DNA of 64,000 bases, from contig NC_083416.1 in the NCBI RefSeq assembly GCF_020745735.1, positions 3,386,400-3,450,399 on the forward strand, written 5' to 3'. The stretch comes from Hemiscyllium ocellatum (Eukaryota). The notes beneath the pieces were generated by a model that saw only the letters and a program-made list of their open reading frames with translations, was not told the origin of the DNA and searched no databases. Shown piece after piece: positions 25,900 to 36,266 of the stretch. Each line of letters starts with the position of its first letter. The first letter of the stretch is position 1. The position numbers were made by a program, and so were the translations under genes.

Positions 25900-26112
25900 A
25901 ATCTCGTTTTATTTCCTGCATGACATCTCAGGGCTCCCCCAGCTTGTGCTGACAGCTCATTTCCAAAAAATAATAATAACACAGAGTGTGACTGCAACCC
26001 TTTCTCGGTGGGGAACCACAGAGAAGGAATTACAAAACCCGTTGTTCAGTGCGGAACGGACCTCTCTGTGAATCGGGAAAAGCTCTTTGAGGGAAGAAAC
26101 CGAGCTGTTAAA
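25900..26112 (+). promoter_or_regulatory. Candidate proximal promoter of gene B
   Basis: Non-repeat sequence directly upstream of the ATG, with a RUNX consensus AACCACA (26014-26020) and an ETS-type ATTTCCTG (25911-25918). Short motifs, low information. Confidence 0.3.
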
Positions 26113-26149
26113 ATGTTCTGCATCTTTTTCCTGGTGAACCTGCGACTGA
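26113..26149 (+). CDS. Gene B leader exon (MFCIFFLVNLRL)
   Basis: aaaATG start, hydrophobic, donor A|GTAAGG, 94-nt intron to the V exon (Ig/TCR-like leader-V layout). Confidence 0.8.
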
Positions 26150-26243
26150 GTAAGGAGCGAGTTCCCCTGTGTTTGTGTTTATCCCCATCCCCACTGTCTC
26201 TGGTTGCGCCCCACTTGACCATTCTCTGTCTTGTCCATTTCAG

Positions 26244-26594
26244 GTCCAGTTGTATCTCACACCGCTCTGTTTATACCTTCGGCTACTGTCCTCGGGCAAG
26301 AGGGAGGATCAGTAACACTGAAGTGTTCAAGTTCTAATACGGAACTCCTGATGAAGTGGGGCTATGTCACCCCTGGCTCGTCAGAAACCAAATGGCTCTT
26401 GTACTGGAGCCCGGGAAAGTCAATCGCTGCTCGAATGCCAGGGATCGAGGCTCGATTTTCCGAATCCAGGGCCAGCAAATACTCCTTAAAAATCGATAAC
26501 TTGAGAGTGGAGGACTCCGCCACCTATTACTGTCAGAGCGGGGAGGATGGAGCTGACTGGTGTGGCTGTGGGGTCATGCTGAAGGTAAAACCAA
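26244..26594 (+). CDS. Gene B V-set domain exon with germline-joined J-like strand (VJ)
   Basis: EGGSVTLKC...WGYVTPG..KWLLY...ARFS...SLKIDNLRVEDSATYYC...WCGCGVMLKVKP. Acceptor tcttgtccatttcAG, donor GTAAGT, 351 nt, phase 1-1. Confidence 0.92.
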
Positions 26595-28881
26595 GTAAGT
26601 GAGAGGGAATACTGAAGCAGGTCAGAGCATTAACTCTGGCTGTGAAAATGGAACAAAGTGTGTAATGCTCCCCCAGATAACGAGGAGGAATAATGTAAAG
26701 GTTGTTAGAGGTGGATCCATTTAGAAATATTTCACTTACAGGTAGTAATCGATCCTGCCGAGGTTGATATTGGTCACTGGGATATTTCACTCTCACTGTG
26801 ATCATTCAGGTCTTCCCAAAGTCTTGCAGTTTTTTTCAAATCAATTTGTTCAGAGATAATATTACACAGCCCTGGACATGAACCCAGGCCTCCAGCTCCT
26901 GAGGTAGGGACATTACAACAGCACTACAAGACCCTTTGTGAGTAACACAAGCCTGGCAACTGGACAGAGCAGGTTAGATTAAAGTGGTGTGGATTGAGCA
27001 GAATAGTCAGAGCCATCCAGTACAGTTCCGTCCAACCTGTCCATGCCGACCATAATCCCAAACTAAACTAGTCCCACCTGCCTGCTCCTGGTCCATATCC
27101 CTCCAAATGTTTCCCACTCATGTACTTATCCAAATGTCTTTTAAACGTTGTACGTCCACATCCACATCCACCACTTTCTCAGGAAGTTCATTCCTCACAC
27201 AAAACACCCTCTTTGTAAAAAGGTTGCCCCTCATGATTTTTAAAATCTCTCTCCTCTCACCTTAAAAATGTACCCCTTAGTCTTAAAATCCCCCACCCTA
27301 GGGAAAAGACACATTTCCCTGGTGTAGATGGATCAGGTCAGCATCACTGGGGAGGGAGGGGGTGAACTTGGTACAGATGAGCTGAAATCACAGACGTATT
27401 GGTGTACAAGGAGACCATTCAGTCTACTGTGTCTCTGCCAGCTGTCCAACTGATCAATCCACTTAGTCCTATTCTCCAGCCTTTGTCCTTTGACCCCGAA
27501 CATTGCTCCTTTTCAAATAACTGTCTAATTTCCTTTTGACAGCTTCCGTTAAACCCTGCTTTTGGGCAGTGCATTCCAAATCCTAACCACTCACTCCATG
27601 AGAAAAGCTTTTCCTCATGTCTTATTTGCTTCGTTTAGCAATTACTTTGAGTCTGTGTCCTCTCATTCTTAGGTCTATCATGAGTGGGAGTGCTTCCTCC
27701 CTGTTAATTCTGTCTAACCCTCACATTCAGATTTCCTGTCAGTCTTCAAGAGGAATAACCCCACCTTCTCCAATCTACCTCCATAACTGAAATTCCTCAG
27801 CCCTGGACCCCAATCTAGTAAGACTTTGTCTGTGTTCTCTCCAAAGGCTTTACCATTCTTCCTAAACTACAGCGCCAGTCCAAGGCACAATGTTCCAGCT
27901 AAGGTTCAACTAGGTGTCTTGTATAAGTTCACTATGAACTCCTTACTCTTATGCTTTGTCCCTATTAATAAAGTCTAGGTTCCTCAAATTGTTCTGCCAT
28001 CTTTAATGACAAATGCATTGATAAATGCAGGTCCCTCACTCCTGCACCTCTTTAAAGATACATCTTTTCGTTTACATCTCCCTGTTCTTTCGATCGAAAT
28101 GTGTTGCCTTCCTTCTGCACAATTAACTCCACCTGCCACTCACTCCACCAACGTGTACCTGCCCTTTTGCAGTTCTGCATTATAATTTGCGCAGTTCACA
28201 ATCCTGCCTGGTTTTGTGTTGTCTGTACATTTTGAAATGTGTGCCAAGGAAGCGAAAACTGACATATAACTCAGGAAAAGCAAGGGGTCCAGTACTGACG
28301 CCTAAAAACTGAACTACGAACCCTCCCCTGAAAAAACATCCAATCATCAGAACTCTCTGTTTGTTGTCATTCAGTCACTGTCTGTCTCCATGTTTCTGCT
28401 GCCTGTTTTACTCCACGAGTTCTAACTTGGCTCACTTAATCAAATATTTTCGGGAAGTCTGTGTCAGATCAATAACAATATCTGCTCACCACCTTCTATT
28501 ACATCATCTAAAAACTCCAGTAAGTTTGATAAAAATGCTTTTCCCTGAGATAATTCGTGTTGGTTCTCCCGTATTGCCCATGCAACTGCTGATTACATTC
28601 TGAAGCTGTGTCTCAAGAAATTTCCCGACTACTGATGTTAAACTAACTGACCTGTGGTTAGTTGGTTTATCTTTACACTCAGTTTTGAACAACTGCATAA
28701 TGTTCACAATTCGTCAGTCCTCTGTCACCACCCCTCTCTATCGAGAACAGAAATTATTGCCAGTGTCTCGGTAATTTCTGTTCTCTCTTCCCTCATCGTA
28801 CATAGACGCATTGAGCTGGACAGCACGGAAACAGACTCTTCGGTCCAACTCGTCCATGCCAACCAGATATCCTAACTTTGT

Positions 28882-29192
28882 GGGCGGCACGGTGGCACAG
28901 TGGTTAGCACTGCTGCCTCACAGCGCCTGAGACCCGGGTTCAATTCCCGACTCAGGCGACTGACTGTGTGGAGTTTGCACGTTCTCCCCGTGTCTGCGTG
29001 GGTTTCCTCTGGGTGCTCCGGTTTCCTCCCACAGTCCAAAGATGTGTGGGTCAGGTGAATTGGCCATGCTAAATTGCCCGTAGTGTTAGGTGAAGGGGTA
29101 AATGTAGGGGTATGGGTGGGTTGCGCTTCGGCGGGTCGGTGTGGACTTGTTGGGCCGAAGGGCCTGTTTCCACACTGTAAGTAAGTAATCTA
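28882..29192 (+). mobile_element. HE1/V-SINE-type SINE, near full-length and young, inserted in a minus-strand LINE tail
   Basis: Complete head GGGCGGCACGGTGGCACAGTGGTTAGCACTGCTGCCTCACAGCGCC, core and GTAAGTAATCTAA tail. Flanks are contiguous LINE 3' sequence (~28800-29500). Confidence 0.9.
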
Positions 29193-30091
29193 AACCTAGT
29201 CCCATTTGGCCCATATTCCTCTAAACTCTTCCTATTCATATACCCATCCAGATGCCTTTTAAATGCTGTAATTGTACTAGCCTCCATCACTTCCTCTGGC
29301 AGCTCATTCCCGGCACACACCACCCTCTGCACGAAAATGTTACCCTTCAGGTCTCTTTTAAATCTTTCCTCTCTCTCCCTAAACCTATGACCTCTAGTTT
29401 TGGATTCCCCTACCATGGGGAAAAGATCTTGTCTATTCACCCTATCCATGCCCAATTATGATTTTCTAAACCTCTATAAGGTCATTCACCTCTTAAGGAA
29501 TAGCCCCAGCATATTTTGGATGCAACTCATGCAAAACGCTCATAGGTTATGAGGTGGGTGGGATATGGGTTGGAATAACGTACATGAAGGGCAGTTGTTA
29601 GGAGGCATAGGTTAGCATGGGATATGAGGGATTATGGGAAAAAAATGAGCATTACAGATGTTGGAGATCAGAGTCGAAGAGTGTGGAGTTGGCAAAAGCA
29701 CAGCTGGTCAGGCAGCATCCGAGGAGCAGGAGAATCAATGTTTCGAATGTAAGCTCCTCTTCATCGGGAATAGTCAGGAGGGATTATGGAGGTGTGTATA
29801 GAGACATAAGGTGTATTAGAGGCTTTAAAGGGCAATGCTGAAGAGTAGAGCATGGAGATTATGCAGGATTTTAAGGTGGGGGTATGGGAGCATTGGTCAG
29901 TATAGAGGAGTATGGAGCGGGGGATAGGATGGAGGAGGGGTGAGGCCTTTCTTTTAGAGTCTTACATCTGTCCTAGTGAGTGAACGTTGAACAGCTTGGA
30001 CAGTTAGTCTCTATTCTCCAGAAATACTCAAGTCCCGAACTGCCCAATGACTATGATGAAAATTAACCATCCTTTCTCCTTGTAATTTCAG

Positions 30092-30409
30092 CTGTTTTGC
30101 CACAACCACCCTCTGTGAATCTGCATTACTCACCTCCACACAAAGATTCCCAGCAGACGGAGAGCTCACTGCTTTGTGTGTCAAGAGGTTTTTACCCGCA
30201 GAATATATCGGTGTCTTGGTATAAAGGGGACAGAGAGATATTCTCAGGCATCACACACTTACGTAGACGGGTGGATTCAAATGACTATTTCAGTGTGATT
30301 AGTAAATTGGCAATTTCCACATCTGAGTGGCTCAGAGGTTCTCCTTACTCTTGTATTGTTTCACATGAAGCCCTGACTTCTCCACTCATCCGAAACATCA
30401 GCGAAAATG
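30092..30409 (+). CDS. Gene B first C1-set Ig domain exon
   Basis: PPSVNL...CVSRGFYPQNISVSW...DYFSVISKL...EWLRGSPYSCIVSH. Acceptor tctccttgtaatttcAG, donor GTAAGT, 318 nt (same length as gene A C1 exon 1). Confidence 0.92.
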
Positions 30410-32794
30410 GTAAGTCCTTTGAACAGAATGTTTCCAGATCCTTTGTAGAAACTTTATTCTAACTGGCTCCCGGTTAAGTCCCACCACTTTAACAGAACTT
30501 AGCCAATGTGTCTGTCACCAGCATTGGTGTAGTTTGTTGTATGTTTGAATGTTTCTTAATGCAATATCTCAGACATCCAAAGTACAAAGCAGTTCTAGTT
30601 TAGATAAATTGCACTCAGATATAAATCTATAAATATTTCTAAAAAGGAGGAAGGATGATGCAGTTAATATGTTCTCTGAATTTAGTGTCTAAACCTTACT
30701 AATCTTACCAACTGATTGAAAGCTCATCTCTTTCCAGAAAAGCTCTTTATTTCCTTTTGACTTTTACTGTCTTGAACTATTTTCCCAGTTAGCTAACAGC
30801 ATTTCTCAGCTCTTAAATGGTTTCAAGTTGAAAAGGATTTGCCTGACTTCCCTTCTCCCTAACTTGTGTTCCCCGATAATTCTCAGGGGCATCATCTTCA
30901 TCATTTGAATTGGGTCACTGGGAGGTCGCTTTTATTTGTTCCTGGGATGTGGTTGTCACTGGGAAGGTCAGGATTTATTACCTGTTCCAAGCTGTCCTAG
31001 AGATGATAGTGGTGAGTTGCATTATTGCATGACTGCAGATCATACTGTGTAGATACATCCACAGGGCTATTAGGAAGGGAACTGAAAATGTGTTGCTGGA
31101 AAAGCACAGCATCCAAGGAACAGGAGATTCGACATTTCGGGCATAGGCCCTTCTTCAGGAATGAGGAGGGTGTGTCCAGGAGGGGAGCTCCAGGTTTTTG
31201 ACTAAGTGCCAGTGAAGGGATGGTGATATAGTTTCAAGTCAGTATGGAGTGTGGTTCATCAGAGGGAATTTGCAGGCTGCGGTGTTCCCATTTCTCTTGT
31301 CCTTTTAGGGAATGTCAGTGATAAGGTTGAAGGGAAATGGGATTTAATGACAAAAGGATGCAAATAGCCAAAGGGAGTGATATTGGGATAAATAAAGATA
31401 ATCTCTCCTGTCTCCCACCTTATCAAACACTTTCCCATTTGTTCCTTCTTCCACTCTCCCACTATTCCACCTGCTTAAAATTCATTCTACATTTTCAACA
31501 TTTCTCAATTCTACTAAAAGACCATCACGCTGAAACATTCACTCTGTTCCTCTGTCCGAGGGGCTGCAAGCTCTGGAGTATTTTATGGTTTTGTTTCAGA
31601 AATGGAATATTTTCTTAAGACCCAATTTTGTGTATCAGCTTTTCTAGGGACTGGTTCAATGTAGCAAAACCACATATGTTGAGTGAGTTGAATTATCCCT
31701 TACTAACAATTTGCAGAGTTATAGAGCCATACAGCACGGAAACAGACCCTTCGACCCAACCAGTCCATGCTGACCATAATCCCAAACTAAACTAGTCCCA
31801 TCTACCCTGCTCCTGACCTATATCCCTCCAACCCTTTCCTATTCATGTTCTTATCCAAATGTCTTTTAAACATTGTCACTGTACCCACACCCACCACTTC
31901 CTCAGGAAATTCATTCTACACACAAGCCACCCTCTGTGTAAAAAAATTGTTCCTCATGTCTTTCTTAAATCTCTCTCCTTTGTTTCAGATTAATTACAGA
32001 TACTTATCTCACACCTATGTACTATATAAATCTTATATTGCTATTCCATGCAAAACATTTCAAACTATTATCTCAATTAATACAGTTAGGAGGCTGCTTG
32101 AAGATTATTTTTTATGATTGAGATTAGTCTGGAGTATTGTCAAAAGAAATTAGTATTCTGTCAAATACTGAATAATGAGCTGCTTGAGATTATAGTAATG
32201 TCATCCTCAATAATATTAGTATCTTGGAGATTTTATTATTTATCATTTGGAAGTTAGGCATATCATCTGGAAAATGTTTTATGTTTACCTTTTCTCAAGC
32301 TCATACTGATAAATTTTTACCTTCCTCAATGGTTTACACAGAATAAGAGTTGTCAGTAACTGTGACAATTACACACGGTAGGGAGAGAATGAGGTAGAGG
32401 TCTTACCTCTATCCATTTTCTCTCTCATGCTTAATTTCTATTTCACCATAGAGTTTAAAACTGCAAAGTCTATTTACCAGACAATGTTGAAGCTTCTGTA
32501 GGAGCTATACCATCTTTTACTATGTCTGCAATGTCACGCTTTCGTAGTTTATGAAACATTGAGTGTTTTGCTGTTAGAGTAATCGGTGTCTACCAAAATT
32601 GGCATAATGTTCCACTTTGGAACTGGAGTACCAAACTCCTCAGTTCCGAATGTCGAATTGATTTTGCTGTTGCAAAGTTATTAAGGAAAGTCACGCTCTC
32701 TGCCTTCACAACATATTTGGTCAGGGGCATGTGATACAACTGTAAATATTCTTGTAATCTCTGATCTAACAATCTGTTCCTGTCTTTGCTGGAG

Positions 32795-33115
32795 ATGGTT
32801 ACATTCAGGAGCCTGTGATCCAGTTGATCTCTCCTCGATCTGATGCTGTCTCTGCCGGGCAAAATGTCACAGTGACCTGCTTGGTGTCAGATTTTTATCC
32901 TGCCGATATTTCCGTGACTTGGAGAGATGAGAATGGTCCAGTGGAGACGGGAGTGACGCAGTTTGCAGTGGCTTTGGGCAGTACAGGCACCTACCGGACA
33001 GTGAGCCAGCTGACTGTGCCGACAGCAGAGTGGGAGAGTAACCATACTTACTGGTGTGAAGTGAAACATGTGTCCCTGGGACAGACACTACAGAGAGCTG
33101 TCACTAAGGATCTGG
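32795..33115 (+). CDS. Gene B second (membrane-proximal) C1-set exon, 99% identical to gene A 10108-10428
   Basis: Same motifs and splice sites as the gene A copy. 321 nt, phase 1-1. Confidence 0.92.
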
Positions 33116-34149
33116 GTAAGGTCTACATTGGTGTGCTGGCATGGAGGTGCTTTGGGCGTGTCTAGGTGGGCTCAGTGCATGTGTTGTGGGTAATTACAGG
33201 GGTGTAAGTGTGGAGTAATGGTAGTATCTATGGCGTTGTGTTGTCTGAGTCTTGGTTGGGTGTGGTTTATGGAACAGAGTTGTGTATTCATCTGTAGGGT
33301 TGCCAGTCTGGTGTTTTTGAGTTGTGGGATTTTGTACGTGTGGGTGGGGTAGTGGGGTTGGTCTGTCATATGCAAGTACGTGTAAGTGGGGTTTCTGTTT
33401 GTGGGGTCTTACACAGTATTGGCACTATCCGGGAAAACATTCTGACCACATGCAGAAAGCCTTGATTTCAGAGGTATCATCTTTCTAACATGTGGATTGT
33501 TAAATCTGAAAACAAGCTGGACAGTAGGAAATACATGGCATCATTTAGATTGAATTGCATTTATTTACACAGGGAAACATTTGCAGATGAATTGTGGTGT
33601 ACAGAGACACAGTGCCATTGGATCAGCACTGAATAAGAGCTGTGCAAAGTGTAGGAAATCTGCTTCCTTATTCTGAACAAAGTAGAGCCCCAGCACTGAT
33701 CGCTCAAGTTGAAGTTAAGGTCCATGTAAGTGCACCAACCAAAGAGAAACATGTTTCTAAACAAGGAATACATATTCCATTGGTGAATTCTCCCAACTCT
33801 TTAAGATTGAGTGTTCAACAAAGAATATTCACTGTCCACATTCGTGTTGACTCACAAGCGATGTTTTGAGACCTGATTGAAAAAATGTTACCAATGAAAT
33901 CGCTGTTGGAATGGAAGGTGAAGACAGTAGCTTTGTAGCGAACTCACTCGTTACATTGGGACCCGATTCCCTCTCCATGTGTCACGATTGCTTTCTGACA
34001 GTAACATCTTCCTGTGGATTTGTCCTGGTTAGTTACTTCCGCCCCTCCATGTAGTTGGCTTCAAACTACAGGCTCTAAGGTTGGCTATCAGAATAGCCAA
34101 ATATATAAATTTGCAAAGTTCTATGATGTACTCCGCTAGACAAAGTTCC

Positions 34150-34329
34150 CATGGCCCATCCTGCACATCTTTGTGACTGTGGGAGGAAACCAAAGCATCC
34201 AGTGGAAACCCACACAAACACAGGGAGAATGTGCAAACTCCACACAGACAGTCACCCGAGGCTGGAAATTGAACCTGGTCCCTGGTGCTATGAGGCAGCA
34301 GTGCTAACCACTGAGCCACCATGCCACCC
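34150..34329 (-). mobile_element. HE1/V-SINE-type SINE, partial
   Basis: Reverse-complement head and core. Confidence 0.8.
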
Positions 34330-36131
34330 AGGTTTTGAACCGGTGAAATAAACCTTCAGTATATAAATTATGACACTAAAACTATGTATAGATATTTACC
34401 TTATAATCTACTCTCCAGTATACAGACAAGCAGCGGCTGAATATCCCAAAGATCACATTAACTGGCCAATGCCCTCAAGACAGTAATGAAGATGGCAACA
34501 GGATTTCTCAGCAACTGCTCCCCCCACCCTGAAAACCAGATGTCAGTACAACCAGATCTCAATAAAAACTTGCTTCCTTTACAAATGATTCCAATTTTTA
34601 ACATTGGAAGACCGAACCTTGAAGCACTTTTTAAAACTACTCCATCATGTTCTGCTTCAACAATTTCTGATATTCTAATCATTAAGTTCCTTCTCTTAAA
34701 TTTCACTGGGTTCTCAATGCTGCACCCCTTGCATGTGCTCATGAGTACAATTCTAACTCTTTGCAGACAGTTATCTTGACTAAGCTGAAACAACCCTTTG
34801 TTTGCCTGAGCTCCAATCATTCTCAGTTGTATCAAGCAAGTCCTGTTTGTGTTCACCCTATCTCTCAGCTACACTGAAGTATCAATGCTTCTCAGGTTTC
34901 TTTTGAATCCCAAGTGTTCTGGATCGCAGCCAGAGACCAAATTCCAACTCTTGGCTCTACTTATTGGTTTCCTGGAGCCTGTTATAGTGTCCCACAGCAG
35001 CACCTCTTTTAGCATGGAGCCCTTCACCAGTTGGGCAAGAAACTGACAGATAAGGAGGCTGAAGGTCAAAATCTTCTGCTTTGACCAATCAACTGAAAGT
35101 GACTGTGCAGTGACCCTTGAACTGTTCAAACAACCAATTGAAAATATTGCAACAAACCTTGTTCCTAGGCAGGATCAAATATAGCAATCGTTGGAACATC
35201 ATGTTGAACGAAACAATTAGAGCATCCTGTATCTACTTGACAATTTTCACCTAACCTATTCTTCACAGCTGCCACCTTTATAACATAAATAGAGACACTA
35301 ACCCTGGAGGAGCTGGTGTTGGATTGGGGTAGACAAGTTCAAAAGTCACACCACACTAGGTTATAGTACAATCGGTTTATTTGAAATTGCAAGCTTTTGG
35401 AGCGCTGCTTCTTCATCAGAAACTTTTTCCCAGGGTTGAAATATCTCATAGTAGGGAGCATGCATTTAAGGTGAGAGGGGGAAGGTTCAAAGGAGATGTG
35501 AGGGGCAAGTTTTTACACAGAGAGTAGTAGGAGTCTGGAATAGGTTGTCAGGAGTGGAGGTGGAAGCAGATACGATAGGGATGTTTAAGGGACTTAAAGG
35601 AATAGAAGGGTCTCAACCATGGGGAGGTAGAATGGATTGTTTTCCCTGGAGCATTGGAGGCTGAGGGATGACCTTGTAGAGGGTTATAAAATCACTGGGG
35701 GCATGGACAGGGTGAATGGCGAAGGTCTGTTTCCTGGTGTGAGGGAGTCCAAAATGAGAGGGAATAGGTTTAACTTGGCGTTGTGTTCAGCACGACGTTG
35801 TGGGCTGTACTCTTTGTGGTTCTATCTGTTCTGTGTTCTTTGTAAGTGCCTTGAACCTTTGCAGATTGAAGGAGTTGCTACCTGCCCTGAACTGGATTTC
35901 TGCTCTGATGTGAGGATCTTTGAGGGCAGATATGAGGCTGGCCAAAAGGAAGTGGGCGGGCAGAATTGGAGCTAATACACGTCTTGCTTAGTGGTATTGG
36001 TGACAGGAAAGGCATCTGATAAATTATCATTCTGTACCACACTGGCCATCGTGACCCTTATGGTCTCTGCACTCTCCTCATTCCTTTGTCATGATTCACT
36101 AATGATCCATTGTCTCCTGTATCTGTGATAG

Positions 36132-36266
36132 TGAAATCCAGTGGATACCTGGCGGATGTGTTGGATACCCTGTGGATTCCTGAGGCTGTGGGATGTCTGA
36201 TTTTACTTATTCTCGTTGTTATCCTCATCCACAAGAAAGTCACTTCTTCCTCCTGCATTGGGGCCA
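36132..36266 (+). CDS. Gene B transmembrane exon (VKSSGYLADVLDTLWIPEAVGCLILLILVVILIHKKVTSSSCIGA)
   Basis: Acceptor tctcctgtatctgtgatAG, donor A|GTAAGA, 135 nt, phase 1-1. Hydrophobic helix followed by HKK. Homologous to the gene A TM exon. Confidence 0.85.

Larger units (their letters stand above)
26113..36266 (+). other. Gene B: IgSF membrane receptor, leader-VJ-C1-C1-TM (3' end unresolved)
   Basis: Five open exons joined by GT-AG phase-1 introns, no stops. Paralogous to gene A. Confidence 0.85.

Noticed and set aside
26762-26800. RSS-like GGTTGATAT-23 bp-CACTGTG downstream of gene B's V exon
   Set aside because: The nonamer matches only 6/9 and lacks the critical A-tract, no J-like coding segment follows, and it is 170 bp inside an intron. 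CACTGTG also occurs in most SINE copies.
28882-28960. tRNA-like heads (A and B boxes) of the SINE copies
   Set aside because: tRNA-derived SINE 5' regions followed by the SINE core and tail, not functional tRNA genes.
34458-35129. Cluster of 65-132-aa ORFs in the last intron of gene B
   Set aside because: No recognisable domain or consistent splice sites. Probably an old transposon remnant that I cannot classify.
7172-36266. Identification as a conventional IgH, IgNAR, IgL or TCR locus, or as UrIg
   Set aside because: No split V-D-J segments or RSS, no FGxG, no CART or IgM-type TM motif. UrIg is, to my recollection, TM-less. No gene symbol assigned.
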